A stretch of DNA of 64,000 bases from Candidatus Latescibacterota bacterium (lineage in GTDB: Bacteria > Latescibacterota > UBA2968 > SICM01). A program made the position numbers and the translations under genes. The stretch spans positions 576,001-640,000 of the forward strand of contig CBDCJO010000001.1 in the NCBI GenBank assembly GCA_965217865.1, written 5' to 3'. This document shows, one piece after another, positions 52,937-63,418 of this stretch (positions within the stretch are counted from its first letter, which is position 1; each line of letters begins with the position of its first letter). A model generated the notes under the pieces. It had not been told where the DNA came from. It ran no database searches and worked only from the letters and a program-made list of their open reading frames with translations.

Positions 52937-54187
52937 TCAGCTTAGGCGAGAAAATCCAGGGAAAAAGAGCGTATCGGGAAATGCAATCCGATCGTCAGGC
53001 CGAAGACGATTCAGCTTTCTCGAGCGCACCTTGCCATCAGGGTTCAAGATTTCAATTTCCCTTTCCCGAAAGAGCTTAATGACTGTCAGGTCGAGATCCG
53101 AGAATCTAGCGGTTGTCCTGTTTGCAAACATATGCCGCATCGTCTCTACGGTGACCGGAGTTTCGGATGCCAAAGCGAACAGTTCACTTGGCATTGAGTT
53201 CAGAAGCTGAGCCTGCACCTCCTGGGCATCAAGCCCTGCAAAATGAAACAGAGGCAGTGTTTTGGAGTACAACGCTTCCCAGCCCAGCATCCCGAAATCG
53301 CCGGGACCATAGTGTTCGAATGTATTAGAGATATCCCAATGGCGCTGGATCATCACATCTCGCGCAGTGGGGTGTCTTGACAGGTGGAGGAACCACAAGG
53401 CACGTCGTGACCCTTGGGGTCGCACGAAGAAGGGCGTATCGTAGGTCGCGTGCGTTACGGCACGAATATGGTCACGCAACGTTCTCTGAACGAGGGCTCT
53501 TCCGCCATATCCATCTCTCTGCTCGACCAACTCGTGCATTCGTGATTCTGTCAATTCGAGCGGAGCAACTGCCTTGACTAGCAACGGTGTTTTCGCAAGG
53601 TGGTTCACGAGTGCGTCTGCGGCAAACGTAAGTATGACCTCCGCCGCCGGAAGTTCACGAAAAATCCGAGCAATGAGTTCCAGCTTCACCTGTGAAAATC
53701 CGGTCTGGTCAAGGAGAAATATCGAGCGGCCGGCCCGAGGCTGACGGCGGCGAATTTCCGCGATGATGTCGTCAATCGCTTCTTCGAACCGTTCGTTTCT
53801 AACGACGATCGATTCATCATCGACTCGGAACCCGCGTTCATTCAGAACTCTCCTGAGATGATCCACATGAGCGGATTCCTTGTCGACAAAGTAGTATTTG
53901 CAATCCAAATTTAGGGGCTTTGTGCGCTTCCGGTTCAGTCTGGTCTTTGCTGCTTTGGATTCCTCCAGCATGATCAGGGGCGTACCGGACACGATCTCAT
54001 CGTCGTCCCGGAACGTGCCTCCTCCGGCAAAGCCATCGACAAGATCGAGTTTGAATTCTTCGCGAAGAGGACTGACGTTCAGCCTGTCAAAATAGGCGCG
54101 AAGGTACTGCCGCAAAACGTCGAGCTTTGCCTTGCTGTGCGCCTCGATCGGAGGCGGCGATTCGTCAGGATACCACCTGAAATCCAT
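52937..54187 (-). CDS. tcmP: Three-Cys-motif partner protein TcmP (methyltransferase-like fold plus winged HTH)
   Basis: HSKAKLDVLRQYLRAY, LVDGFAGGG, FLLDQTGFS; overlaps the DUF5131 gene. Confidence 0.85.
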   Translation of the reverse strand: MDFRWYPDESPPPIEAHSKAKLDVLRQYLRAYFDRLNVSPLREEFKLDLVDGFAGGGTFRDDDEIVSGTPLIMLEESKAAKTRLNRKRTKPLNLDCKYYFVDKESAHVDHLRRVLNERGFRVDDESIVVRNERFEEAIDDIIAEIRRRQPRAGRSIFLLDQTGFSQVKLELIARIFRELPAAEVILTFAADALVNHLAKTPLLVKAVAPLELTESRMHELVEQRDGYGGRALVQRTLRDHIRAVTHATYDTPFFVRPQGSRRALWFLHLSRHPTARDVMIQRHWDISNTFEHYGPGDFGMLGWEALYSKTLPLFHFAGLDAQEVQAQLLNSMPSELFALASETPVTVETMRHMFANRTTARFSDLDLTVIKLFREREIEILNPDGKVRSRKLNRLRPDDRIAFPDTLFFPGFSRLS

Positions 54188-54926
54188 AATCTCTTGTCTC
54201 CATCAAGTAGAAGGGCATGGCGTTATGCTCGATGCCTTCGAGCATCCGTCCGCCCGATTTCGGCGTCCGGCCGCCCCATTGCTTGAAGAAGAACGCGACT
54301 CCTTCACGCTCGCATACATCCCTGATATTAAGCACCCAACTTCGTTCCATCGGGCGGGCCTTGGGGCCACTCTCGCCGCCGACGATGACCCACGAGATTC
54401 CTTTAAGGTTGAGATCTCGCACAGGCCCCAGCAAAGGTTCTATGGAAAGAAAACGAATCGGAACCGGAGCCTTTTGGAGGTGCCGAATTCTGCTGGTCGC
54501 TGTGTGATCTTCAACAGACACGCCGCACCAGATATGTCGCGGAGCGACAGCCTGACCGTATCTGCGTTCGAGGTAGTGCTTCATGAGCGCGCTTCGCTTC
54601 GTGAGCACCTGAAATATGTGCCGATCGGCCGCCTCCATTGTGTCGAAAACTCGATCGATCAACTCCGTCGATATCTCCTTATGGAAGAGGTCGCTCATCG
54701 AATTGACGAAGATCATTCGCGGGCGCTTCCATGAGAGCGGTTGGGAAAGCCGCTCCGGGTGCAACGTAAGGTCGAACCCCTTCTCGAATGGATGTCCGGG
54801 CACGCCGCGGAAGCGCTCGGCTAGGCGCTCGGCGTAACAGTTGTCACAACCGCGCGTGATCTTAGTGCAACCGGTTACTGGGTTCCAGGTTGCGTCGGTC
54901 CATTCGATGGCAGATTCTTTACTCAT
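54165..54926 (-). CDS. DUF5131 (phage Gp37/Gp68) radical-SAM-like protein
   Basis: IEWTDATWNPVTGCTKITRGCDNCYA (Cx6Cx2C), FVNSMSDLFH, LTKR, WVIVGGESG, FFFKQWGG. Confidence 0.92.
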   Translation of the reverse strand: MSKESAIEWTDATWNPVTGCTKITRGCDNCYAERLAERFRGVPGHPFEKGFDLTLHPERLSQPLSWKRPRMIFVNSMSDLFHKEISTELIDRVFDTMEAADRHIFQVLTKRSALMKHYLERRYGQAVAPRHIWCGVSVEDHTATSRIRHLQKAPVPIRFLSIEPLLGPVRDLNLKGISWVIVGGESGPKARPMERSWVLNIRDVCEREGVAFFFKQWGGRTPKSGGRMLEGIEHNAMPFYLMETRDYGFQVVS

Positions 54927-55079
54927 ACGAACAATCCGTGATCCAGTCTCGCTGTATCAGATCGCCGATGCTTACTGGTAGTTTATACCAGCGATCATGG
55001 CCTCAGCGATGAGGCAAGGCTGTAGGCGCCTCGGCCGTGCCGTGTGGTTGAAACCATGAACTGGGAGCAGATGCCACGC

Positions 55080-57704
55080 TCATATCTCAAACACCTTCAG
55101 CACCTCGTCGCCATAGTGGTTGATGACCTTCACGGCGAACTTGCCCGTTTCTGGCTTGTCGAACGCTCGGCTAACCGTGCTGTACAGACTGCTCCAGGCG
55201 GCTTCGTCGATCTCCGCCCGTAGCGCCCGTTTGAGATTGGCATACGGTTCTTTGGCCCCTGTGAAGTAGGCGTGGCGCACGAAGAAGCTCTCGCCGTTGT
55301 AATTACTGTCGATGAACCAGCAGGCGATGTCGTCGGTGGAAGCGTTGCGGATCTGACCGGTGGTCGGGTCGTACACGTCTACTCCCTTGATCCCGATCAC
55401 AATCTGCCCGTTCTTCTGCTTCTTGATCTCCACGTCCGGCTCGCCGAAGACCATGAACAGGTTGCCTGCGCCGGTCTTTTTGAGTAGTTCGTCGCCCATC
55501 GCCATGTCGGGGTTCATCTTGGTGGGAAGCACGGTCAGGCTGCCATAGCGTTTCACCTCTTCGGCAACATGCGGGTCGAAGGCGAAACCGCAGACAACAA
55601 GCATGTCAAAGCCTACTCCCTGCACCGCTTCCTTGGCGGCTTCCTTCACTTGTTGCGGGCCGACGGTGCCATGCTCGGGGCCGATGGAGACCGCGACACG
55701 GCGGCTCTTGGCGTCGGCGTCGGTATATTCGCCTGCTGCGTGCAGCCACGCTCCGGCGTAGGGATCGAGCCGGTCGAAGCTGAGCCGTTCGCTCTTGCGG
55801 GTATTCTGCACGCCCGCCTTCTTCAGGTTCTCCAGAATCATGGTGGAGAAGTCTTGCTGCTTGCGGCCTTCTTGCTCGCTGACCGTGCCATCCTGATTCT
55901 CGTCGGCCGTGGAGAGCACGCGATGCGGTGAAAGACTTTCCACCGAGAATGGCCCGCACACCCGCACGCACTTGTTGTCCTCGTAAGGTTGGTCGTAGAG
56001 CATTTCGGTCTCGGCATGGCGGGCGATGGCAGCATCGATCTGCTCGCGCGTCATGCCTTCCTTGATGTCCGGGTTGTTGGCGATCGATTTGAGCGTGATG
56101 TGCGGTACGCGCTTGTAGACGAAGCCCTTGCGGATGTCGTGCTCCGTCTTGTATTCGGGCGGCATCTTGCCAGTGAGGTCGGCCTCCTTCTTGATGCCTT
56201 TGGGGGAATCTGCCAGCAGGTAGTACGGGTACCTTGCTGCCATCAGGCGCGTGCGGGCCAGTGCCAGGGCGACGCGACTGGTGTCGCAGGTGATCCAACG
56301 TCGGCCCCACTGCTCGGCAACGTAGGCAGTCGTGCCGCTGCCACAGGTCGGATCGAGCACTAGGTCGCCGGGATCGGTGGTCATAAGGAGGCAGCGCTGA
56401 ATTGCCGTGGTACTTGTCTGAACGACGTAAATCTTCGGATCAGATCGACTTTGAACTCCACCAACATCCAGCCATACAGAATTCAGTGGATTGACAGGAA
56501 AATCGTCGATGAATCGCACATACCTAAGAAGGTTGCCCTCGGCGACAATGCGATTGCATTTCATGAGTTGAGTCATACCATCGGTAGTCGTCTTCCAATG
56601 CAATCCACCTGGACATTTGAAATCATGCCCGTTAAAAGTGATGACACCGCTGCCTGTCGCAGTTTCTCCAGCAGAAGTGATCTGGTCTGTACTGAAAAAT
56701 CGAGAGCCTGCGGGCACTAACGATGGGGTTGCTTTCTCTTCAGGTGTAAGTCGCCTGCGGGAACCATCAGCTAACTCCACGCTTTCATAACGGGCAGCCC
56801 TCGCTTCTCCCCGCTCCTTCTCGGAGTAGATCTGGCGATACTTCACACGCTCGCGGTCTTTTGCGTACCAAATGATGTAGTCACAGATTTGTCCGAGCAA
56901 CGTTGAGCCTCTGCCCGTCGTTGTCGCAAACGCTATCAAGCCTGCAAAGTTCTGACTTCCAAACACCTCATCCATCACGTTCCGCACCAGATGCACGTTC
57001 TCATCGCCAATCTGCACGAAGATGCTGCCCGTCTCGGTGAGTAAATCGCGGGCCACGACCAGTCGGTCGCGAAGGTAGGCCAGATAGGAGTGGATGCCAA
57101 GCTTCCAGGTGTCGCGGAAGGCGCGCACCTGTTCGGGCTGGCGAGTGGTGTCCTGTGCCTTGCCGTCTTTCACGTCGCGCTTGCGGGTGCTCACCTGCCA
57201 GTTGGAGCCGAACTTGATGCCGTAGGGCGGGTCGAGGTAGATGGCCTGCACCTTGCCCTTAAGCCCTTCCTTCTCGGCCAGTGAGGTCATCACCAGCAGC
57301 GAATCGCCCAGGATGAGTCGGTTGGACCAGTTCTGTTCGTGGTGGTAAAAGTCGATCTTCTGCGCGAAGTTAGCCGGGCCACCGTTGAAGTCAGCGAAGA
57401 GATTGGCCTGGTCGCCACCGGGCTGTTCGGTGCGAGGCAACGCGTCGATGATCGCCTGCGGGTGAATCTTCTCCTGGATGTAGACCGGCACCACGGGGAC
57501 GGTGAAATCTTCCCGGTCCTGTTCGTCCTTGCCCTTCCAGACCAGTTGCGGGTCGAGCGAGGGATCGCGCGGGTAGAGCATCGTCTTGGGTACCAGTTCT
57601 TCATCGGCCACAAAGTCGCGCAGTTCTTCGGTGGGAATGTTGGCGCGCTTGTCCTTGTGGCGGATGGATTCAACTTTCTTCTGGGTGTTCTTTTTCTTAG
57701 CCAT
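55080..57704 (-). CDS. Site-specific adenine DNA methyltransferase (type III Mod-like, beta class)
   Basis: YLDPPYGIKF (motif IV) before VLDPTCGSGTT (motif I); lower-GC variable TRD at about 56450-56950. Confidence 0.92.
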   Translation of the reverse strand: MAKKKNTQKKVESIRHKDKRANIPTEELRDFVADEELVPKTMLYPRDPSLDPQLVWKGKDEQDREDFTVPVVPVYIQEKIHPQAIIDALPRTEQPGGDQANLFADFNGGPANFAQKIDFYHHEQNWSNRLILGDSLLVMTSLAEKEGLKGKVQAIYLDPPYGIKFGSNWQVSTRKRDVKDGKAQDTTRQPEQVRAFRDTWKLGIHSYLAYLRDRLVVARDLLTETGSIFVQIGDENVHLVRNVMDEVFGSQNFAGLIAFATTTGRGSTLLGQICDYIIWYAKDRERVKYRQIYSEKERGEARAARYESVELADGSRRRLTPEEKATPSLVPAGSRFFSTDQITSAGETATGSGVITFNGHDFKCPGGLHWKTTTDGMTQLMKCNRIVAEGNLLRYVRFIDDFPVNPLNSVWLDVGGVQSRSDPKIYVVQTSTTAIQRCLLMTTDPGDLVLDPTCGSGTTAYVAEQWGRRWITCDTSRVALALARTRLMAARYPYYLLADSPKGIKKEADLTGKMPPEYKTEHDIRKGFVYKRVPHITLKSIANNPDIKEGMTREQIDAAIARHAETEMLYDQPYEDNKCVRVCGPFSVESLSPHRVLSTADENQDGTVSEQEGRKQQDFSTMILENLKKAGVQNTRKSERLSFDRLDPYAGAWLHAAGEYTDADAKSRRVAVSIGPEHGTVGPQQVKEAAKEAVQGVGFDMLVVCGFAFDPHVAEEVKRYGSLTVLPTKMNPDMAMGDELLKKTGAGNLFMVFGEPDVEIKKQKNGQIVIGIKGVDVYDPTTGQIRNASTDDIACWFIDSNYNGESFFVRHAYFTGAKEPYANLKRALRAEIDEAAWSSLYSTVSRAFDKPETGKFAVKVINHYGDEVLKVFEI

Positions 57705-60702
57705 GTGCGACTTCCTTTGTTGGCTCTACGTACAGCTGTTTCAGAAAGTCGCGGATGAGATTCTGTGCGTCCCACGGGTCGGCGACTTCGATAAACGCCC
57801 AGCGACCGAAACCGCCGTGATTGTTGATAGCCGGGACCCACAGCGTGCGCGCCGTGGCTATCTTGGCGGCCTTATCTTTGTTCTTTTCGCCGGTCACTTC
57901 GACGAGCAGGTTCAAGAGGTCATCCGAGCCGCGACCGTCGTCGATGCTAGCGATGAAGTCGGGAATGTAGTTCTTCTCCTCGCCGTTTAGCGTGTAGGGA
58001 ATGGCGAAGCTGAGGTTGTGATTTTTGACGTAGCGGACGACCTCGGGCATGTTTTCGAGGGCTTCGGCCATTTTCTGCTCCCACGAGTCGGTATCGGCGA
58101 CGACGTGGGAGATGTGACACTTGTCGTCGCGGGTCGCGAAGACCGGCCGCGTAGTATCGAAATCCACGTAGCGGGTGGAGCCGATAGTGTCATACGGGCG
58201 GAGGATGGGCTTGAGCGCGGCCGTGGCGGCCGTCGAGGCTACGATGGCCTTGTAAATACGGTCCGCTGCGTCGTGCGCGAACTCGATCAGCAGCAGCAGT
58301 TGCGGGAAGGTATTGTCCTTGAGCGTGACACGTTCATTGAGCCAGCGTTTGGCAATGCCGAGCAGTTGCGGGAAGAGCCATGGCTTGTCGTTCTCATCAT
58401 CGTCGCGGAAGTATTTTTCCAGCGTGAGCTTGGCCAACAGGAAGGCGACTTCGTTCGGCCGGCGGCGCTTGAGATCGTCGAGGGTGTGGATGCTGGATTC
58501 GCCGACAATGGGCGCGTTCTCGGTCTTGGTGGGGATGTCGGCAGTGGAAAGCGTGAGCTTGGATTCGTCGGTGAAGGTCGCGGTCAGTCGTTCACCTGCC
58601 ACGTCGTAACGGTAGCCGAGCAGCCGGGGAAAGGTGATCTCGCAGTCGATGCGGCTTTCCAGGGCGCGGACGCGGGTGGGCAGCGGTCCGGGCTTGGGGT
58701 CCGTGGTTGCGCCGCTGCAGGGGATGAAAGAAAACGGCACGCCATAAACTTCGGCGTATTCGGGGATGAGATGCCCCTTCTCGTTGGCGCCATAATGCAC
58801 GCGCCGCAGGGCACGCCCGACCACCTGTTCGCATAGCAATTGCGTTCCGAAGGCACGCACGCCCAGAACATGGGTGACGGTGTTGGCATCCCAGCCCTCG
58901 GTGAGCATGGAGACGCTGACCACGCACTTCACGTGTTCGCCGAGCTTGCCGGACTTGCCCACGGTGTTCATGACCTCACGGAGAAGATCTTCGTCAGTCA
59001 GGCTTTCCGCATCACGGCCGGGGAAGCGGGTGCGGTATTCGGCCTTGAATTCCTCGATTTCTGGGGCGGCGATCTTCTTGAAGGCACCGCTCATTGATTC
59101 CCCGGATTCGAGTTGCTGGCTATCTACCAGGACGCTGTTCGGACGGTGTAGCCAAGCTCCATTGCCGTCGTCGTTGCGGAAGATGGGTAGTTGCCCGGCC
59201 TGGGCGATGCTCTCTTCGCCGATCTGTCTTTCCCATCCGGCGATATAGTCGAACACCAGCTTGGAGACGCTGGTGTTGTTGCAGACGACGATGAACACCG
59301 GCGGCGCGATGCCTCGGGCGCGGGCTTCGGTGTTCTGCTCCCACAGGCGGTAATACTTCTCGTAGTTGCCGTAAAGACTGAGCAGCGCACCTTGCAGCTC
59401 GACAGGGAGCTTCGGGTCGCCCCCTACATCATTGGGTTTGCGGCCTTTTTTGGGTAGATGCTCGCGGATGCGGAGCCACAAGTCGCGGTAAGTGGGCTGC
59501 TCGCCCGTCATCGAGTCGTCAGCCACAGGCACGCGGGGCACTTTGACGACACCGGCCTCAATGGCGTCAATCAGCGAAAAATCCGAGACCACCCACGGGA
59601 AAAGCGTGCCTTCGGGATAGCCCGAACCGCGCAGAAAAAACGGCGTGGCCGAAAGATCGTAAATGGCCTTCACTCTGATTTTGGCCTTCACGGCCTCTAG
59701 GCCGGAAATCCAGACGCGAGCCGCTTGGTCGCGTTGTTTGGCTTCAACGCGATCATCGCCGATGAGTTTTTCATCCTCGCCGTCGGGTTTGCGGCGGTAG
59801 CAGTGATGCGCTTCGTCGTTGAGAACGATGATGTTTTTCTTGGCACCCAACTCGCGACAGACGCGGCGCACCATCTGGTTGGGAGTTTCGGTAAACGGGC
59901 TTGGCTGTCCATCGGCGAGAATCGACTTTGTGATCTTTCCGGCGGCGACCCTCTCGCGCAGTTGAAAGGCGTGGTAGTTGGTGATGAGGATTTTGGCCTG
60001 TCCGAGCTGGTCCGACAGTTGGGTCGGTACAATGTCACGCCGGCGGTAGTAGTTGTCCGGGTCGTTCGGCAACAGCACGCGTAGCCGGTCGCGGATGGTG
60101 ATGCCGGGCGTGACGATCAGGAAGGTGTCGGAAAAGCGGGCGTCCTGCGGGTTGGCGCGTTTGTTGAGAGTGTGCCAAGCGATGAGCATGGCCATGACGA
60201 CGGTTTTGCCTGAGCCGGTTGCCATCTTGAACGCCGTACGCGGCAGTCCGGGGTTCGATGTGTCGTTCGCCTCGCGTATCGCGTTCTCTATCCATGCATC
60301 CCCGTACTTCTTTGCCACCTCGGCAATGTAGATGGCGGTTTCAAGGGCTTCGTTCTGACAGAAGAATAGTTTCTTCTCGCGGTTGGGATCGGTCCAGTAG
60401 GCAATCAAACGTGCGGTAGTCGTCGTCACACCTACGTAGCCGCCCTTGCGCCACAATGCAACGCGGCGGCGGATGTCGTTGACAAGCTTGTTCTCTTCGA
60501 TGCGGTCTTGTGTCCACTCCGTGTCGAACTGAAGCTGTTGGGACCCCTTCTTCTTTGACTTTGCGATGGGGACGAAGCACGAACTGGTCCGGCGACCGTC
60601 GCCGATCTCGTCGGTGATGCCCTCGTCGCTAAACCTGAAATGGCGGGTCGGCTCGTCGAAAGGCGAGTTGATGATCGGGTTCTCGATGACAACTTGGTTC
60701 AT
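57697..60702 (-). CDS. Type III restriction Res-like helicase/endonuclease (BPTD_3080-type)
   Basis: IINSPFDEP, MATGSGKT, LNDEAHH, SATP, MLTEGWD, C-terminal YIPDFI...LVEVTG; overlaps the mod start. Confidence 0.9.
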   Translation of the reverse strand: MNQVVIENPIINSPFDEPTRHFRFSDEGITDEIGDGRRTSSCFVPIAKSKKKGSQQLQFDTEWTQDRIEENKLVNDIRRRVALWRKGGYVGVTTTTARLIAYWTDPNREKKLFFCQNEALETAIYIAEVAKKYGDAWIENAIREANDTSNPGLPRTAFKMATGSGKTVVMAMLIAWHTLNKRANPQDARFSDTFLIVTPGITIRDRLRVLLPNDPDNYYRRRDIVPTQLSDQLGQAKILITNYHAFQLRERVAAGKITKSILADGQPSPFTETPNQMVRRVCRELGAKKNIIVLNDEAHHCYRRKPDGEDEKLIGDDRVEAKQRDQAARVWISGLEAVKAKIRVKAIYDLSATPFFLRGSGYPEGTLFPWVVSDFSLIDAIEAGVVKVPRVPVADDSMTGEQPTYRDLWLRIREHLPKKGRKPNDVGGDPKLPVELQGALLSLYGNYEKYYRLWEQNTEARARGIAPPVFIVVCNNTSVSKLVFDYIAGWERQIGEESIAQAGQLPIFRNDDGNGAWLHRPNSVLVDSQQLESGESMSGAFKKIAAPEIEEFKAEYRTRFPGRDAESLTDEDLLREVMNTVGKSGKLGEHVKCVVSVSMLTEGWDANTVTHVLGVRAFGTQLLCEQVVGRALRRVHYGANEKGHLIPEYAEVYGVPFSFIPCSGATTDPKPGPLPTRVRALESRIDCEITFPRLLGYRYDVAGERLTATFTDESKLTLSTADIPTKTENAPIVGESSIHTLDDLKRRRPNEVAFLLAKLTLEKYFRDDDENDKPWLFPQLLGIAKRWLNERVTLKDNTFPQLLLLIEFAHDAADRIYKAIVASTAATAALKPILRPYDTIGSTRYVDFDTTRPVFATRDDKCHISHVVADTDSWEQKMAEALENMPEVVRYVKNHNLSFAIPYTLNGEEKNYIPDFIASIDDGRGSDDLLNLLVEVTGEKNKDKAAKIATARTLWVPAINNHGGFGRWAFIEVADPWDAQNLIRDFLKQLYVEPTKEVAHG

Positions 60703-61542
60703 ACTGGAACGCCCCCGGATCGCATAAAGCTCTCCCCCCTACTTCCCCCCCCTTAGCAACGGCCTTCTCGTCGCCTTCTTCGGTCGAACCTACTTTCCGT
60801 ATCGATACCGCGCCATAGCGTTCCTCCCCGCGATCTCCCCTCTGGCGTAGTGGGCTGAGCATCGCTGGAGACTGCCACCTGCCCACTTGCTGTGCTTCGA
60901 GGATCGATGCGCCGGACCTGATGAGGCTCTGGCGGATCCGACGCGTCGGCAGTACTCATTTGGGAACCTCCGCGAGCGTGTCACGCAAGGTGTTCTTCTC
61001 GAGCATCAGCCAAAGCGTAACAGACGGACAGGCCCGGATGGGGTGGCGTCTTCATCGGCATATCAGAGTCCTCCTCACTAGTGTCGTGTCCCGGAAATTC
61101 CTTCAATAATTTCTCGGATAGCGGTCTGTAAACCCTGAACGGAGCGAAGGATCTCTATGTCCCGAACTATCAGACAGTTGGTGCGTTCTTCGCTCGCTCT
61201 CGATCAAAATGACAGCCACCGCTACGTTTTTGGAGACTTTCTTTTGTAAGGAACTTCTGGGACACGACACTAGTGGTAATCGATCAAGTCCATTGTCGTA
61301 GGCATGCACCCCTCGAAGCGGAACACGATGCGTCAGTTGCCGGAACCAACCGACCAGTAACCGGCAATGATTACCCTTCAATGCAGCCGGAAGCCCGGCA
61401 GGGTCCGTGCTCATGGGCTCCGTTGCTTCGACAAGACGTGCCAGGGGCCGTTCGGCAGGCCCTCGCGACGAAGGCAAGTCATTGGGCCGAACGGAATATT
61501 CTCATGGAATCGAGCTGCCGGCCCAGCGCGCGGTGAGGCAGG

Positions 61543-62484
61543 TCAGTCCTGACGACGCGAGCTAGCCTCAAGTCGCTCAAACAAACGACCTATGGCCTGC
61601 TCGGCTAGGGCGTCGGAACTCAGTAGCGTGCCATTCGACTTCCAGCACCAGCCAAGTGCTTGAGACCGCTCGGGCTTGTAACGCACCTCGCTGATCACAG
61701 GAGGGTCCACAAGGTAGCGGCAGCGGCGATTCTCACCTGGGAGAATGATGTTGCCCTCCATCTGCTTGACCGAGAGAAACGAGTCTTCCAGCGAATACCT
61801 GACAACAAGCTGCACATATAATGAAGCCTGGGGCGAACGAATTCCGACTGCGCCATCTGCGGCCGCCCATTGCAGGCCAAGCCCTGGCGCTGCGCCAGCT
61901 GCTTCTGTGGTAAGAGCTAGCAAGGCCGTCACCAGCCTTTCACCCTCTGCCGTCACTTGTTCAACTCCGCACCGATCTCTCCTAAGCGCCTCGGTTTCTG
62001 CCGCAAACTGCTGAGCCTCAGCCGCCCTTCTGGCTTTCCCTGCGATCGTCTCCTTAGTGAAGACGCCACCGAGCTCTTTCACTCGCAGCTTGATTGCGCC
62101 GACCACTTGGTCGATTCCAAAATCCTCAAGATTGAATCTGATCTTTCGATCCGGCACCCATGGCGGCACCGTCGACGTTGAGTCGACCATGACGAACAAC
62201 AAAAAATCAGGCCCATCACTCAAAAACCTGTCTGTGATGGCCTCCGATTCAACGCGCGTCCATGGCGTGTCTCCCCAGCCGTCTCGGTACAAGACGACGA
62301 CGAGCCGCGCGGCATCGCGAAAGGTCTTCTTGAAGGTTACCAGCCCGTCCGTACCCGCGACCTCAGTTTGACGGCTAGTGAATTCGAAGACGCGAAGTCC
62401 TGATGCCAACAAATCTCTTAGATGTCGAGCGAGGCCGTCGTCTTTGGCAAGAAAAGAGATTGCGACGTCGTACTCGTAGTTCAC
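61543..62484 (-). CDS. TIR-domain protein with unknown C-terminal domain
   Basis: YEYDVAISF, LVVVLY, WTRVE (WxxxE catalytic Glu); GGAGGG RBS. Confidence 0.85.
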   Translation of the reverse strand: MNYEYDVAISFLAKDDGLARHLRDLLASGLRVFEFTSRQTEVAGTDGLVTFKKTFRDAARLVVVLYRDGWGDTPWTRVESEAITDRFLSDGPDFLLFVMVDSTSTVPPWVPDRKIRFNLEDFGIDQVVGAIKLRVKELGGVFTKETIAGKARRAAEAQQFAAETEALRRDRCGVEQVTAEGERLVTALLALTTEAAGAAPGLGLQWAAADGAVGIRSPQASLYVQLVVRYSLEDSFLSVKQMEGNIILPGENRRCRYLVDPPVISEVRYKPERSQALGWCWKSNGTLLSSDALAEQAIGRLFERLEASSRRQD

Positions 62485-62819
62485 TGGCTGACCCTCCGAG
62501 ATTTCATGACTTAGCCGTTCGGGGAACGGGCGCAGCCAAAACGGACGGGACCCGGGCCGGCTCCGGGGAGAATTGAGAGAGATTGGGGGGCAAGGTCAAC
62601 GAACAGGGGAGCACGAGGCACCGGGGAGTTTTTTCCTCCCTCTCTCCCTCCTCTCTCCCTCCTCTCTCCTCCTTCTTTCTCTCTTTTCTCCCCCCCGCGT
62701 TTGAAATAAAAGCCGGTCCTGGGCCGGATTCAGGCCCCTGTGCGGGCTTCCGCGAGAGGATGCGCCGCGACGCAGGTATTCTGCCGGCCGGTATGGAAGC
62801 CTGGAGATTGCTCGCCAGC

Positions 62820-63418
62820 TAGCGGCACAGGGCAATCCATATAGTCGCAGCCGCGTGGCTGATTCGATGCGCCGCCAGGGCCTGCGGTCGAAAGTGCGCC
62901 GGAAGTTCGTCGTGACCACCGATACAAAGCATAACCTGAAGGCCTCCCCGAACCTGCTGAATCGGGACTTCGACGTGGATTGCCCCAACAATGTGTGGTC
63001 CAGCGATATCACGTATTTGCGCAGCCGGGCGGGATGGCTGTTTCTGGTGGTATTCCTGGACCTGTTTTCCCGCCGTGTGGTCGGGTGGTGTGTGAGCACC
63101 TCATTGGGACACGAAACGGTGCTCAAGGCCCTCTCCCGCGCAGTATGGCAACGCAGGCCGGAACCTGGGCTGATGATCCACTCCGATCGGGGCATCCAGT
63201 ATTGCTGCGAAGGCTTCCGTGTAAAGCGCAGGTCGCATCGGGCCCTGGCCCCTCCCGAACAGCAGGCTGTCTTGGATCTGTTGCACTGCGAACGGTTTAT
63301 GGATAAAGCCCCTCCTCAGGTCTGGGCCGAGTTGCTGGATGAAGGCCTGTATTTCTGCTCACTCAGCACGATGTATCGCATCCTGAAGGCACACGAGGAA
63401 GTCCGGGAACGCCGAAAC
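62820..63418 (+). mobile_element. Chimeric IS3-family fragments
   Basis: 62820-63220: NLLNRDF...PNNVWSSDITY...IHSDRGIQY; 63221-63418 repeats 26300-26497. Confidence 0.88.
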
